This document shows, piece after piece, positions 38,940-51,560 of a DNA stretch of 64,000 nucleotides. The DNA comes from Guillardia theta CCMP2712. Taxonomy: Eukaryota > Protista > Cryptophyta. The notes below the pieces were generated by a model, which saw only the letters and a program-made list of their open reading frames with translations, did not search any database and was not told where the DNA came from. A program made the position numbers and the translations under genes. Every line of letters starts with the position of its first letter. Position 1 is the first letter of the stretch. Location of the stretch: NCBI RefSeq assembly GCF_000315625.1, contig NW_005434655.1:529089-593088 (forward strand). The letters run 5' to 3'.

Positions 38940-39349
38940 GGCAGTAGCCCTGCAAGACGAAATCAGCACTCATCCAAAGAATTCCAACATCAAGTGTCTT
39001 CAAGAGCTCTCATGAATCCTACATCTAGTGTAAGGAGGCTTCAACTCATTGATTCAATACTTTGCATGTTTGATTTTGCTATGCACAATCGTTCTTGCAT
39101 GTTCGATGATTGATCTATCTCTGACTACCACCAGAAGCCGATGGATCAACCCGACGACAATGATTCTGAACACCTTCACGTCGAAGTCATCGAGGGCGAC
39201 CCTCGACTCTCAAGGCTATCTATCATCTTCTTCTCGCATCCTCTTCCTTGATCATAACATCGCGCCATGCTTCCAACTCCTCGTCGTCACTGCCATGGCT
39301 CCTCCTCTTCCCTAGTGTCACTGCCATGATGTCGCCTGCAGTGTCAGAC

Positions 39350-39850
39350 GAGGCGGTAGACCCGGTGACTACCCCCATTGACAAAATCGTATTGCCCCGA
39401 CCCTGGAAAGGGGGGTGGTCGACCCTAATAGTAAACTTCCGAGTCCCGGCCTGAGTCCGTCTGACCTCCCACCCCTACCTCCCCTCTCACCGCTGACCAC
39501 CCTGACCCACCCACTTTACAAATTGGATGGGGGTAGGACATTGACCCTCGGACTCGGACGGCACCCGATCAATGACAGTGACCACCCCCACCCTCTTTAT
39601 CCATGCATGGAAGTACCCCTCTCCCTGATGTGGAAGTTGACAAAATACTTAACTACCGTACTAACCTCCAGTACTACCCCTCCCCCCCGCCCCCCCCCTT
39701 CCCTCGCTGAGGTGTCACTACAGGCCCAGTCATACGGTCATCAAATTGACTAATTTGTCATGAGGCGGGCGTGCCAGTACGTTTTTACCCAGTCAGTTCC
39801 GGGCACTCCCCGGGCGGCCCGGCCCCCATCATCGCAGTTCAAACCTGCCA
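39350..39850. promoter_or_regulatory. Intergenic motif island F: TACCCC-rich tract plus short GC module
   Basis: CTACCCC, GTACCCC, CTGAGTCC and ccccgggcggcccggcccc. Abuts the outer breakpoint of the inverted duplication. Confidence 0.45.
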
Positions 39851-39880
39851 GTGCGCGGAAGATCGGATGATCGGATGTCT

Positions 39881-40524
39881 CGTTGACAGGGTAGGGCGAT
39901 GGGGAAAGAAGACTCGGAGGTCTTGCAAAGCTCCAGGCTATTGAAGTCAGCCATCATGCATAGAACCTCCCTTGCCATGCTAGCGAGCGGCAGGACGCAG
40001 GCTGACAAGGTGGAGCGACGCATCGCTGCTCTGACTTTGAGCCACCCGTCGGCACACAACCCCGTGAGCCCGACCCTCCCACAGACTCGTCGGACGGGAG
40101 GGGCTGACAGGAGCATGGCAGGTATGCAGCGTTGCGTTTCGATCGAAGCTCGGCCTGGACGTGTATCACGGTAGAGGAGGTGAGCAGCCGTTGATGTCGC
40201 CCTCTGCCTGACGCTCATGGGGACCTGCAAGAGGCCGGAGACAACCAGCACACCGCAGAGGTGATGATGTCGTTTATTTCTCCTCTCTCGATCTCCTCTC
40301 CCTCTTCCTCTCTCCCTCTTTCCCTCCCTCCCTCACTCTCATCCTCTCTGTCTCCTACAGTACAAGACCGCCGAGTGGACGCGGCCGAGCTCAGCCATGC
40401 ACTTGTCCAGGCCTCAGGTGGATGACGCGGCGTGACGCTGCCCGAGGGCCTGACGGGTGAGCAGAAGCAGGAGGCTCGAGCAGCCATCGAAGCAGCGCAG
40501 CTCGCCCTAGGCCATCCCATCTGA
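39881..40524 (+). pseudogene. Orphan duplicate of the 3' exons of the 42553-45472 gene
   Basis: Copy begins mid-exon (..KLTG) and has no upstream exons. Confidence 0.7.
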
Positions 40525-40570
40525 CCCCTTGTCTGAGCCCCAGCTGTCGGACCCTGCATGTTCTCCTCCT

Positions 40571-41011
40571 CTACTTGAAGCAGATACACACCGACGGGGA
40601 GCAATCGTCTCCTGTGCAGTTGAGATACCAGCTCAACCACCCTTGGTCGATGTCCGGCTGCTCGTCCGCCCGCATGCTGCTGCTGCCCACCAGCAGTCTG
40701 TGTCTGCTCTCCTGCTCTTCCGCGTCTGGGGCCGGGGAGCTTGTAGTCCCTTCCGCCTCTCCTCCCGCCCGGCCGGCCTTCTTGTACGGCCATCGCCTGA
40801 CGCCGAGCCGTCGGCAGCTCGCCTTGAAGGTCGTGAGGCTGATGCCTACAGCCTTTGCTGCCTGCGGCTGCGGGAGATGAAACAACGACTCGAGCCGACG
40901 TCGGTCGAGATGCACGTCCGTAGCTCGATGCAAGGAGAAGCAGGTCCTGGGACGAGGGGCGATGGTGACTGCAGGGAGGGGAAGCGCGAGAGGAAGAGGA
41001 GGAGCCGCCAT
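40571..41011 (-). CDS. RWP-RK domain transcription factor (intronless, left copy)
   Basis: LFHLPQPQAAKAVGISLTTFKASCRRLGVRRWPYKK. Confidence 0.9.
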   Translation of the reverse strand: MAAPPLPLALPLPAVTIAPRPRTCFSLHRATDVHLDRRRLESLFHLPQPQAAKAVGISLTTFKASCRRLGVRRWPYKKAGRAGGEAEGTTSSPAPDAEEQESRHRLLVGSSSMRADEQPDIDQGWLSWYLNCTGDDCSPSVCICFK

Positions 41012-42065
41012 GGCGACACGCAACTGTGTAGGGCAGGGCCTTCGGAGCTTGTGGTGAGGTGTAGCAGCTGGCGGCGAGGAAGGAGGAAGGGGAGGGGAGG
41101 AGGAGGGAGGAAGGACAGCGGGATCATGGGTTGCTATTAGGAGGCAGCCAGGGAGAGCAGCTGCGGATGGCGGGGACGATGTTGTGGAAGGAGGGACGAC
41201 GGATAGAAATGTGGAGGGAGGGGAATCCTTTCCTCCGATTGGAGGAAAGTCCCTATACCCCACCCCGTAGGGTATACTGGTCTAGGGGGACAAATAAGGG
41301 TGGTAGACGAGAACTCTCCTCAAGGCATGATAGGTTTTCATTCCCAAGGCTATATAAGTGGTTTATTATCCAGTGCTCACGGACCATCGCCACGACTCAC
41401 GTGACCCCTCTAACTCGAGTAAAGCCACTGAAATCAGGTCTTTTGCCCTCATCATGGCATTGGAGCACGTCGCCCTAAAACACTTGTTACCAACAGCCTA
41501 GCCACATGGAGCCCACGTGTACGGAACAAGAGGAGTAGCAGTACCATTGTTGGAGTATCTGATCATGATGGGAGGAGAGAGTCACCTGACTTACTTAAAG
41601 TTATTGTTATAGGAAAGTACGAGTGGTACCCACTTGAAGAACTTTCTATGAGCTGCTTTACTCGAAGGTATGTCAGCAGTCACTCCCCAATACCACCACG
41701 GTAAAGTACGGTATACCCGTGACCCCCAAGTTCAGGGCCTGCCCCGTGATTTATTAGACCCGGAGGAGAGTTTTCGTCTACCACCCCTGCTTCCCTCAGA
41801 AAAACTTCTCATCCTCCGGGGTGGGGTGCATTTGGTGTTCCCCCACTCGGGGAAGGGTTCCCCCGCTGTTCTCCCTTGATCAGTCGCTCCTCCTCCTCTA
41901 ACAACATCGTCCCCGCCCTCGACACATCAACAAACCCTCTTGAAATTATCTCTGCCCCTAATCTACCCTGCGCCCTCCTCCCTTCACCTTCCTCCTTCCA
42001 AGCCGCCAGCTGCTACACCTCACCACAAGCTCCGAAGGCCCTGCCCTACACACTTGCGTATCGCC

Positions 42066-42506
42066 ATGGCGGCTCCTCCTCCTCCTCTCGCGCCTCCCCT
42101 CCCTGCAGTCACCATCGCCCCTCGTCCCAGGACCTGCTTCTCCTTGCATCGAGCTACGGACGTGCATCTCGACCGACGTCGGCTCGAGTCGTTGTTTCAT
42201 CTCCCGCAGCCGCAGGCAGCACAGGCTGTAGGCATCAGCCTCACGACCTTCAAGGCGAGCTGCCGACGGCTCGGCGTCAGGCGATGGCCGTACAAGAAGG
42301 CCGGCCGGCCGGGAGGAGAGGCGGAAGGGACTACAAGCTCCCCGGCCCCAGACGCGGAGGAGCAGGAGAGCAGACAACGACTGCTGGTGGGCAGCAGCAG
42401 CATGCGGGCGGACGAGCAGCCGGACATCGACCAAGGGTGGTTGAGCTGGTATCTCAACTGCACAGGAGACGATTGCTCCCCGTCGGTGTGTATCTGCTTC
42501 AAGTAG
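42066..42506 (+). CDS. RWP-RK domain transcription factor (intronless, right copy)
   Basis: LFHLPQPQAAQAVGISLTTFKASCRRLGVRRWPYKK. Confidence 0.9.
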   Translation: MAAPPPPLAPPLPAVTIAPRPRTCFSLHRATDVHLDRRRLESLFHLPQPQAAQAVGISLTTFKASCRRLGVRRWPYKKAGRPGGEAEGTTSSPAPDAEEQESRQRLLVGSSSMRADEQPDIDQGWLSWYLNCTGDDCSPSVCICFK

Positions 42507-42552
42507 AGGAGGAGAACATGCAGGGTCCGACAGCCAGGGCTCAGACAAGGGG

Positions 42553-45472
42553 TCAGATGGGATGGCCTAGGGCGAGCTGCGCTGCTTCGATGGCTGCTCG
42601 AGCCTCCTGCTTCTGCTCACCCGTCAGGCCCTCGGGCAGCGTCACGCCGCGTCATCCACCTGAGGCCTGGACAAGTGCATGGCTGAGCTCGGCCGCGTCC
42701 ACTCGGCGGTCTTGTACTGTAGGAGACAGAGAGCATGAGAGTGAGGGAGAGAAGGAGGGAGGGAGGGAGGGAGGGAGGGAGAGAGGAAGAGGGAGAGGAG
42801 ATCGAGAGAGGAGAAATAAACGACATCATCACCTCTGCGGTGTGCTGGTTGTCTCCGGCCTCTTGCAGGTCCCCATGAGCGTCAGGCAGAGGGCGACATC
42901 AACGGCTGCTCACCTCCTCTACCGTGATACACGTCCAGGCCGAGCTTCGATCGAAACGCAACGCTGCATACCTGCCATGCTCCTGTCAGCCCCTCCCGTC
43001 CGACGAGTCAGTGGGAGGGTCGGGCTCACGGGGTTGTGTGCCGACGGGTGGCTCAAAGTCAGAGCAGCGATGCGTCGCTCCACCTTGTCAGCCTGCGTCC
43101 TGCCGCTCGCTAGCATGGCAAGGGAGGTTCTATGCATGATGGCTGACTTCAATAGCCTGGAGCTTTGCAAGGGTCAGCAACCTCGGAGTCTTCCTTCCCC
43201 ATCGCCCTACCCTGTCAACTTTGTTCTTTCCTTCACTCTCAGCCGGCAGATCGTGTCCAGCGCATGAGCCTCGATGGTCCCGATGGCGGAGTAGCGATCC
43301 AATCGAGAGGTCAGCGTGCTTGAGAGCTTGTCTGGGGCAGGCTCAGCAGGCGAGCTGGGGGCTTGCAGGAGAGGGTCTGAAAGCTCCGAAGCCGTGTCTT
43401 GAAGGAGGTCTGAGGTGACGGGACGAGAGGTGGAGTTGTCTTTCTCCATGCAGAAGGTGCTGGCCTTGATGGCTTGTTGCATGTCTTGCTCAAGGGAGTC
43501 GTAGGAAAGAAGAAACTCATCCCCCTCTGCCGTCTTGTCGCTCAGCAGGCTGAGAGAGTTGGGGGGCATTCGAGCAGTCAGTAAGACCACGACTTGCGAG
43601 AACCACCACGACCCGTCTCTCGCCACCAAGAAGTCAATCACGTATTTCTTGGGGAGAAGCTTAGGGTATTTCTGCTTGCTGTTTCCTTCCTTGTCTCTGC
43701 GAAAGGGAAATACGTGTAGAGCAAAGTCTATCAAGTCTCGAAACTTCGCCTTCTGTTCGCTCCATGCTGAAGTCTGTACTCGATGAACAGTGGTGGCTCT
43801 TCCACTCGCTCGCGTCCCCTTGAGATTGGAACTCTCGCAAAAGAAGCCGTTCAAGGGGGAGCTGGGCTTTGCTACCTCGTTTGTGTTTCGTATGATAAAG
43901 TGAGGGTTTTCATGCTCTTTCCCGCACTCGAGAACGAAGCGATTGATACCGGCGTGCGACCCTTGCGGTCGGATGTACATCTGCCATAGCGTGAAACCAG
44001 ACCCCGAGCTGTCAAGAAGAGAAGTGCGGAGGGCCTCATCGTTTAGCAGCGGGCGAACATCACAGCCATTGCTGGCACTGGTGGATCGGCGAACCACATA
44101 CAAGGGTTCATTCTCCTGCGACGTTATCACCGTCAGGAGCAGACAGACAGCACATGCATGATGGCACGACCTTCAAGCGGTAGGGCTTCCTGACAGAGAG
44201 CTCTGCTATTCTCTTTCTCCGACGCCTGCTCAGCCATTCTGCTGCTGACTTCTTGTTGACGCTCGTGCGACAAACGAACCCATCCGAGTCCGTGTAGAAC
44301 CCCCACAAGCGAATCCCTCCGACGTTGGACATGAGGATGGAGTCGGGGATGGGAAGCTGCAGACGAGGTTCTAGCCGATACCCTCCATCTGATCCCTGCC
44401 TGTTATTATCGACGTTACAGATGGTAAAACACTTCCAGAATGCTGTTCCAGGCATCGGGCCCAACTTCTCTTGGTCTTCGGTGAAACGACCTTCACTGAA
44501 AACGATTGACTTCATCTCATTGCTCTTCTGATTCTCGTGTGAGTGACAGACCGCTTCATTGAGTTTCGCATATGCCGACAACTTCTTCTTCTTCTTTGCG
44601 GTGAAGGCTGTAAGAGAAGCTATGGTAGTGTCGAGTTGAGGACTAGGAGCAAATACGAGAGTCAAAAGAAGAGATAGCAAGCAGGTGATGACTTACGTTT
44701 GCTCATCGACGACTTTCTCAACGACTCTCTTTGAGTGATGGTCCTTCATGTCGATCTGAATATCACCAATGAAATCTTCACTCGCCTTGGTGACTGTAGA
44801 GCTCAACATCGGCCGCTCCCACCGCTTGGCCTTGGATTCATCGAGCGCAGAATCAAACGGTAGCATGGAGCCGTTTGTCATCACCATCCCCCCATCCTTT
44901 CTCTTGGTGGTCACATGCCGCGGGCTCTCCCTCTCTTCAGTTCCAAACCAGAGGCCCTGCTGCACCCAAGCACTGGGTCCACTCGTCTTGTACGTAGTGG
45001 CTTCCTTGGAGAGCTCGAGAGCTTTCTTGGCATCCCATTCTTTGATCTTTTCTTTCTCGACGTAGGGGATGGGAGGGTAGTTCTGATCCTTGACAATCAT
45101 CTGAATCGCTCGCTCGAGCACGCGGAGTTGTTTATCGTCGTCATTACCCAAAGCTTCGGTCAGCTGTGCTTGCAGGCGTGCTAGATGCTGTTTGTCCATC
45201 CCCAAGATCTGAAGTTGATTGAGCAACTTTCCAAGCTTCATGTTCTCCATGGAAGCTAATCTTGCCACGAGATTCCTGTCGTTCCCGTCCTCTTTGAACC
45301 TTGCTTCCCCAGATGCCGACTGGCCTCTCGGAGAGGTGGCAAGCGGACCTCGAGCACCTTCCTCAGCAGCCGCTGCCAGAAGTTTCGGAGGCAGTTGATT
45401 GCTGGACTGTTTGGACTGTTTGGAAGCCCCAAAGCCATCGGAGAGGTCAAGCTGTTTGGCGCTCTTAGACAT
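42553..45472 (-). CDS. Large hypothetical protein, multi-exon
   Basis: Consecutive long ORFs (259, 190 and 307 aa) separated by short GT-AG introns. Small 3' exons join in frame to ..AQLALGHPI*. No family recognised. Confidence 0.7.
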
Positions 45473-45823
45473 GGCCGAGCAAAGGTACTGTTGCAGCTGA
45501 GAGCTTGGGAGGAGGTCGAGCTAGTGGGCAACTTGACCGCTCAAGACCCTTCGCACGTGTCCATCCTCATCACAGCACACAATCAAGCGCCAGTCGCCGC
45601 CTCCATCAGCCTCAAGCAGCGACGCTTGCCGTATGTTTGCTGCTGCATTCAGTTGGGCCGCAAGCCTGGAGGGGTGGGTCCATGCAGGGAGTTTGACGGG
45701 TGGGACATCTTCGGGCCTACAACGGATTGGTACCTCCGGTCTACCAACATCCGCTCAATTAGACCCGATCGGCCGGGCCGCCGGGTAACCGGCCGGGCCA
45801 CCGGAGACAAACGTAGTGATGCG

Positions 45824-47740
45824 ATGGCACCGAGGAGGTCCGTGAGACTATTTCGGATGGCGATGGCGGAGGAAGACGGGAAGATGGCGCTGGAGGAGAT
45901 GCGGAGGAGGAGCTTCACAGCATGGTAAGAGAAGGAGAGAAGTGATAGAAAAACAAGTGCTGAGACCAAGTGAGGGAAAAAGATCCCATGAGGAAGAGAA
46001 ACGCATGATGGGAGATTGAGCTTGTATTAGTTTCTGTGATGGGATATCAGATCATGTTAAGTTAGTTTGACCTCGTTGAGACTTGTGTTTAACAAGATAC
46101 CTCGGGTCAGTGACGAAACGAGACTGTAGGTGGTATCTTCTAGCAACTGCTTCTTCATGCTGTGGTATCGTACTGGGCATGATTTACGTGGATCTCGATC
46201 AAGTTCAACGTTCTAAAACGCGTATTTGGCTTTTTCTTGGTTCGATCTTTTTCAGTTTTACACAAATTGAACGATCATACCTGAACATGAATCCTTTTAA
46301 TCAGGAAAGGACCTCTTGCAAATCCTCATCATCACAATGTCTGTGGTATCAATCTTTGCGCTGTTTGTCTACTACGAAGGCGAAGTGCGCAAAAAGAAGC
46401 TCAGGTAGTTGGCATCAAGTTATCATGTTGTTTTCCTGAGCGAGGATGGTCAGAGGGATGCACATCTCGAAGGATCTTGGATACTTCTCCAGGCTCTCTC
46501 GAGCAGGTAGAGCGGACGAGATGCATGCTGCCCATGTCTGATCCTTAGGATCAGGTCTCAGCAGTGCTTTCTACACAGAAATTTTCATACAGCTCATCAT
46601 GCCATGGCCGATTCTGAACTCGGAGTTTCATATCTGGTCTCCGACATCTCAAAAGTATTTGAGGTATGGACTGCAAGCTCATCTGTGCGCTGTGTACAAG
46701 AAACAACGGTTCATGAGCATTGTAGGTACAACCTGAATGACTTCATGGTCCTTGCGATGTTTGTGCGAATGTATATGATCGCATTTTGTTGGTTTTTGGA
46801 CCATACTTTCATGTCCCCAACATGTCTTTTGCTGAGTAAAATCAGCAACGTGAAGGTCAGGCACAGCTCCACTTGATGTTCAAAACTGACAAAGAGCTTC
46901 AGATGAGCTTTGTGAATGTGCTCAAGTATCTTCTCTGCTATGACTTGATGTTCCTCGTATACCTCTGGGTCGCTAGCATCATCTTTTTCTCTTTTTCTCT
47001 CTACATCCTGGATCGGAGTGATCAGAGCTTCGGAGCGCCGTCCTCGTTCTCACAGCATTTCAGCTTCGCTGTCCTTCAAATGACTCTTACAAGAACTGAG
47101 GCCTTACAGCTACAAACTGACATGGCTAGAGTCTTCTCCTACCTGATATCTGCTGTTGGTCTTGCCCTCCTTGTCTTGACAGTCAATGCTTTCCGAATCC
47201 TCCTCAAGCTGCAGCCCAATGACGCTCAGTTCCTCGAGTCGTTCGAGCTCGATCGTGCTGGGCAGCGGCTGAGAAAGTCTGCTACCCTTTTCATTGAAAG
47301 TTTCTACATGCGATCATCGCTCTACAAGTCTAACGGTCGAGTCATCACGAAAACGATCTCGACGGCTCCGGAGAGGAAAGTGACCTATCGGGTATCATCA
47401 ACTTTGCCCACCTCTCCTGCTGCGCTGTTGACCCTGTGGTGACTTGCAGGACTTGTCCTGGGCGCAGGGTGAGGCACCAGCTGGGAATATTTTTGATGAC
47501 AGCAACTTGATGAGGAGGATGCAGGAGTTCAGGTCCTGTAGAGACGAGGTACCGAGGCCCTTGGTGTATGTGCGGGAAGCTGAACCCTGTTGGCAGGTGG
47601 ACCGGCGGAAGGATCAGATGAGGAAGAAAAGGATGATGGTAGCCTCGGCGTTGCTGTCGCGCTCAGAGAAACTTGGGGAGCATGTGGACACACTCCGACG
47701 GCGCATCACGAGATTGAGCAGGTCTCGTCATCATGGCTGA
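45824..47740 (+). CDS. SK/IK (KCa2/3)-type channel homologue with degenerate selectivity filter; ends approximate
   Basis: EIFIQLIMPWP (S3), NDFMVLAMFVRMYMI (S4), LLSKISNVK|MSFVNVLKYLL (S45), SLYILDR, S6 SAVGLALLVLTV, CaM-binding-like RLRKSATLFIESFY, and a C-terminal coiled coil. Confidence 0.75.
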
Positions 47741-47944
47741 AGAGTCTCTTACAAGTCGAGTCAAGGAAGGTCTAGCACACTTGCACAAGTCAAGGGACAG
47801 TGCGCTGGAAAAGAATATGTATTCTATGGATGTGGATTATTTTTCTAGCAGCACGTCAGCTGCTGATTATTGTCTTTCGGTCTTCATTTCTTGGGCAAAA
47901 CTTTCCTCCTCGGAGGAACCGGCACCGCATCCGGAGCGTTGGCT

Positions 47945-49791
47945 TCAGGGTTGTCTATCGCAAGGTTTTAGCCGTTCAGCAAGGCAGGGGCTGGAACAGC
48001 TGACCTTGATCGTCGGGCTTGTTTGAGCTCTCCGATCTATCGCTGATCTCGGAGGCCACATCGGACGAGGGAGCTTTCTTGACCTCCTACCAATAGCATG
48101 AGCTCCTGCCCCGTCGACGAATCGATCGACCTTGGGAGTATCTTTCCGATCCTCGTCCGGCTTCTCATTCTTCTCCATCTTCTACATGATCGTAAGCAGT
48201 GCCAACTCGATTGAAGCACCGACCTTGGAAGGAGCAGGAGGCGCGGTTTGTGTTGTGTCCTACCAAGATCTCTCAGTCTCAGATCGCTCTGGCATGTACC
48301 TGGCCCGGCCCGGACCTCATCGGCAGCTGGAAGTTCAAAGGTGAGGTCTTCAAGGTACTTGGGGTCTGGGTCCTGCGGAATCCCATTCGTTAAGGAGAAG
48401 CAATCGTTGCTGAAAAAGTACATCGGATGGCTCAAGCTGAACGGCCTCCTTCGGCCAACCATCGGACCATCGCCCCTGCCAGAGGATCAGTGATCAACCT
48501 CAGAGGGAGAGGTAGAGGCTAGCCTGTACTCTGCTTCCGTCAGCAAAGCAATAGAGCCCCATGCCTTGACAGGTTCATGGCGTCAGGGACCATACGATAA
48601 CTTTCCTTTCCTCACCTTCTGGCGTCCCTCCTGTCATATCGCCGAAGTATTGGTCGCCGTTGGGATACTTCCTGATACATCTGGAATGAAAGTTTTTGGC
48701 ATCACTCTCCCCCCGAGGCAGAAAGGAGATTAGACGAACCTTCCCGTCCCATCCGACTTTCCGCTCTTAAACTCTCCTTTCAATTTGTTCCCGTTGGCTG
48801 CAATAAACAATCCTGACGCAGGTTTCAGACATAGGCAGTGACTTCAATAGTTCTCACCCTCGCCAGAGGCCACGCCATCGGAGAAGTTTCCTTGAGTTTG
48901 ACATCATCCCCAATCAAAACTCTTCTTATCTCCACCTGTGTGCGCGGCCCCGTTCTTGTATGTACACTTTCCCTGTCATCAGGCTTTAGATCGACTGCAT
49001 CGTTTGAATCCAGAATGACTCACAAGTCCATGTGGCTTCCCATCCATCCACTCGCCCTCATACACGTCCCCACTGTACCAACGTCAGTTTAGCCCTGCCA
49101 GCAACAGACAGACTTTGCGGTCTTCATCCGGCCCTTTCCATGTCGACGCCCCTTCAACACAAACAAGAGATTTCAAAATAACAAAATCGAAGCAGGTTGC
49201 AGAGTTTACAGCTCGAAACTCTCCCTCATATTCGAGTTGATCTGCTATGACCTCCTTTCCTTCTCGCAAGAAATCACGAAAGCCTATCAAAACAAACTTG
49301 ACAAACCTTGTCCATCAGGTTCTCCCCTCATGAATTCACCCTCATATGAAATATCTCCTTCACGCACACAGTCAGGATTCAGCGGTTCAACATAGGCCAA
49401 TCACACCGAAGGCAACTCTCAGAACAAACTTCCCTTTGCCTTCAGGCTCCTGCCGAGAAGATCGTCAGGACAGTCCCCTGACGTAAGGACAAGACAACCC
49501 CTTTGAAGAAACTTCCAGTGTAGGAACTGTCCTTCGTGTAAAGGGAACCTGCGACGACATGACCTCCTCCCTTACGAAACCTTACAGGGGCACCTTTCCC
49601 ATGAAACTGGCCGGACCGCCATTCTCCCTCATAGCGCCTCCCATCCTCCCACTCACACTTGCCACTCCCCTGTCACACCGCGTCAACGACAGGCTGCAAA
49701 GCGACCCTCTTCGTACATGCGGGACTTCTTTCTTCGTCTCTCCGACATACTCGCCGCCATCCGCGAGCCGCACGCTTGTCTCTGACGACAT
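47945..49791 (-). CDS. MORN-repeat protein, many small exons; 3' end approximate
   Basis: Repeated ADGGEYVGE, SYEGEFMRGEPDGQG, EYEGEF, GDVYEGEWMDGKPHG, NGNKLKGEFKSGKSDGTG and YPNGDQYFGDM motifs. Confidence 0.8.
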
Positions 49792-50461
49792 GAGAGAGGT
49801 TGAGGGACCTGAGCAACTCAGTCAATCTTCCTACCACAAACTACTCCCACGTAATTGCCGGGCCTTGCGATCCTCCTCCCTCCCTCTCTTCTTCCTTATC
49901 TTCCTCCTCCCCACCTTCCTCACCCTAGTCCCTCTTATCCCTTCTTCTCTTCTCTCTTTCCCAAGTTTCATACCATGTGCTGCCCCCTCCCTCCCTCCCT
50001 CCACCCCCTCCCCCGTGTCTCGCTCGCCCTCGCTCGTCTCTCCAGCCTCATTCCCGCCAAACTTCAAAAAACGGATCACTTCACCAGCAGCCCCGCTCTC
50101 TCAGGTAGAAGGTAAGGGGCACCCTCTTATATCATATTAGCATAATACTTAAATATCTCCTGTAGTGTATGGGGGGTAATATGACGCTCAGAAGGGGGAG
50201 CGGGTAGGTAGCTGGCAAGGGGAGTTAGCGCCCAGTAGAATCCGAACCCCGGGGACATGCGGCGAAGAGCGTTCGCCATGCTGATAGAGAGGGGGGGCAG
50301 AGAGAAGGAGACAGCAGGCGGGAGAGTGATGGAGATGCAGAAGTAGGTTAGAGGGAGCAACGGAGAGGAGGAGATGTACTTTCTGGGAACACAAGGCAGT
50401 GAGCAATAAAAGGGCGGGAAGGCTGTGCTGTTTGTGTTGAGCTTTGTAGTCCGAGTTCGAC

Positions 50462-51560
50462 ATGGCACAACAAGAGTTCTCCCCATGCTCGGACTGTGGG
50501 ACGTTGCCTTGCAAGAGACCCAAGAGAGTGTTGGACGACTGCTGCTCGTGCTCGGGGGAAGTTTGTGGGGACCCAGCATGCCCTGCGATCGAGTTGATCA
50601 CTTGCGAAGCTTGCAACAGAGGAGACAACGAAATGCAGCTGATCCTGTGTGACGGCTGCGATCATGCATGCCACCTGGCTTGCATGGATCCGCCCGTAGG
50701 TTTTGTGCCGGAAACGTGGTTTTGCCGCCGGTGCTTATCAGCATCGTTGAAACTGCATGATTCCAGGGACCGGAGGATAGGAGGCCAAGGTGATTGCACA
50801 ATCATTCTTGACCCAGCGTCAACTATGACCCTGACTTTTGGTATTGAAGCACTTTGTAAATCCGTAAATGATTTCTACAGACAAGGTGATGCGATCGGGC
50901 GAATTCTGCTGCCGTTCTAAACTTGAGTGGTTGACGATGCTATCAGACATCTCCTGGCAATCAGGAAGTTTTCCACAGCCCTCAGAGATTTTCAAGAGCG
51001 CAATCATGAACATTAGCCACCATGATCACGAGTCGAGCCCCAGGGGGCTGAGTTGCAAGTGCAAGAGGAGTCGATGCATGAAGAAGTAAGCTGCTGCCAG
51101 CGGCTACAGGTTCACGAGGTAGACTCTGACTCCCCGGACCTTTACAGGTACTGCGAATGCTTTCAGAACAGCTCTGCCTGCACATCTAGATGCACGTGCA
51201 ATGACTGCGGGAACACCATCTCGGAGAGGATGCGGAAGCCTGGGACCTTCCAAGTCCGCGCTTCCTCCACCTCCCCGACCAACGCCCCAGAGCCCGATGT
51301 AGAGGTTGTGCATGTCGCACCCAAGACGTGAGGCCTTGCCGATGACGGTTTCTCTGGTGTGACTTGCTAGCAGGGTCAAGCCATCGAGCTACAGCAGGTG
51401 GAGGCTGGAGAATCAACTCAAGGAGAGGGATAGGTCGCCGCTGCCGCACGAGCTGCCAAGGGAGGTTCAGCTACTTGCAGCAGAGGCTTACACTCGGCAA
51501 CAAGCCTTGCAGCATCAGAGCCTCGGCGGCAGGATGTCGAATCGATCTTCTCTTCCTTGA
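50462..51560 (+). CDS. PHD finger + single CRC (tesmin/TSO1/LIN54 CXC) domain protein
   Basis: PHD CEACNRGDNEMQLILCDGCDHACHLACMDPP..WFCRRC and spliced CRC CKCKRSRCMKK|YCECFQNSSACTSRCTCNDCGN. Confidence 0.85.

Larger units (their letters stand above)
39881..43219. repeat. Inverted segmental duplication: arms ~39881-41090 and ~41990-43219, ~0.9-kb spacer
   Basis: gttgacagggtagggcgatgggg at 39881 matches ccccatcgccctaccctgtcaac ending at 43219. Near-identical ORF translations appear on opposite strands. Confidence 0.97.

Noticed and set aside
41876-43267. 463-aa ORF spanning the right duplication arm
   Set aside because: Alternative frame over the RWP-RK gene and antisense to the 3' exons of the neighbouring gene. 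Not kept as one ORF in the left arm.
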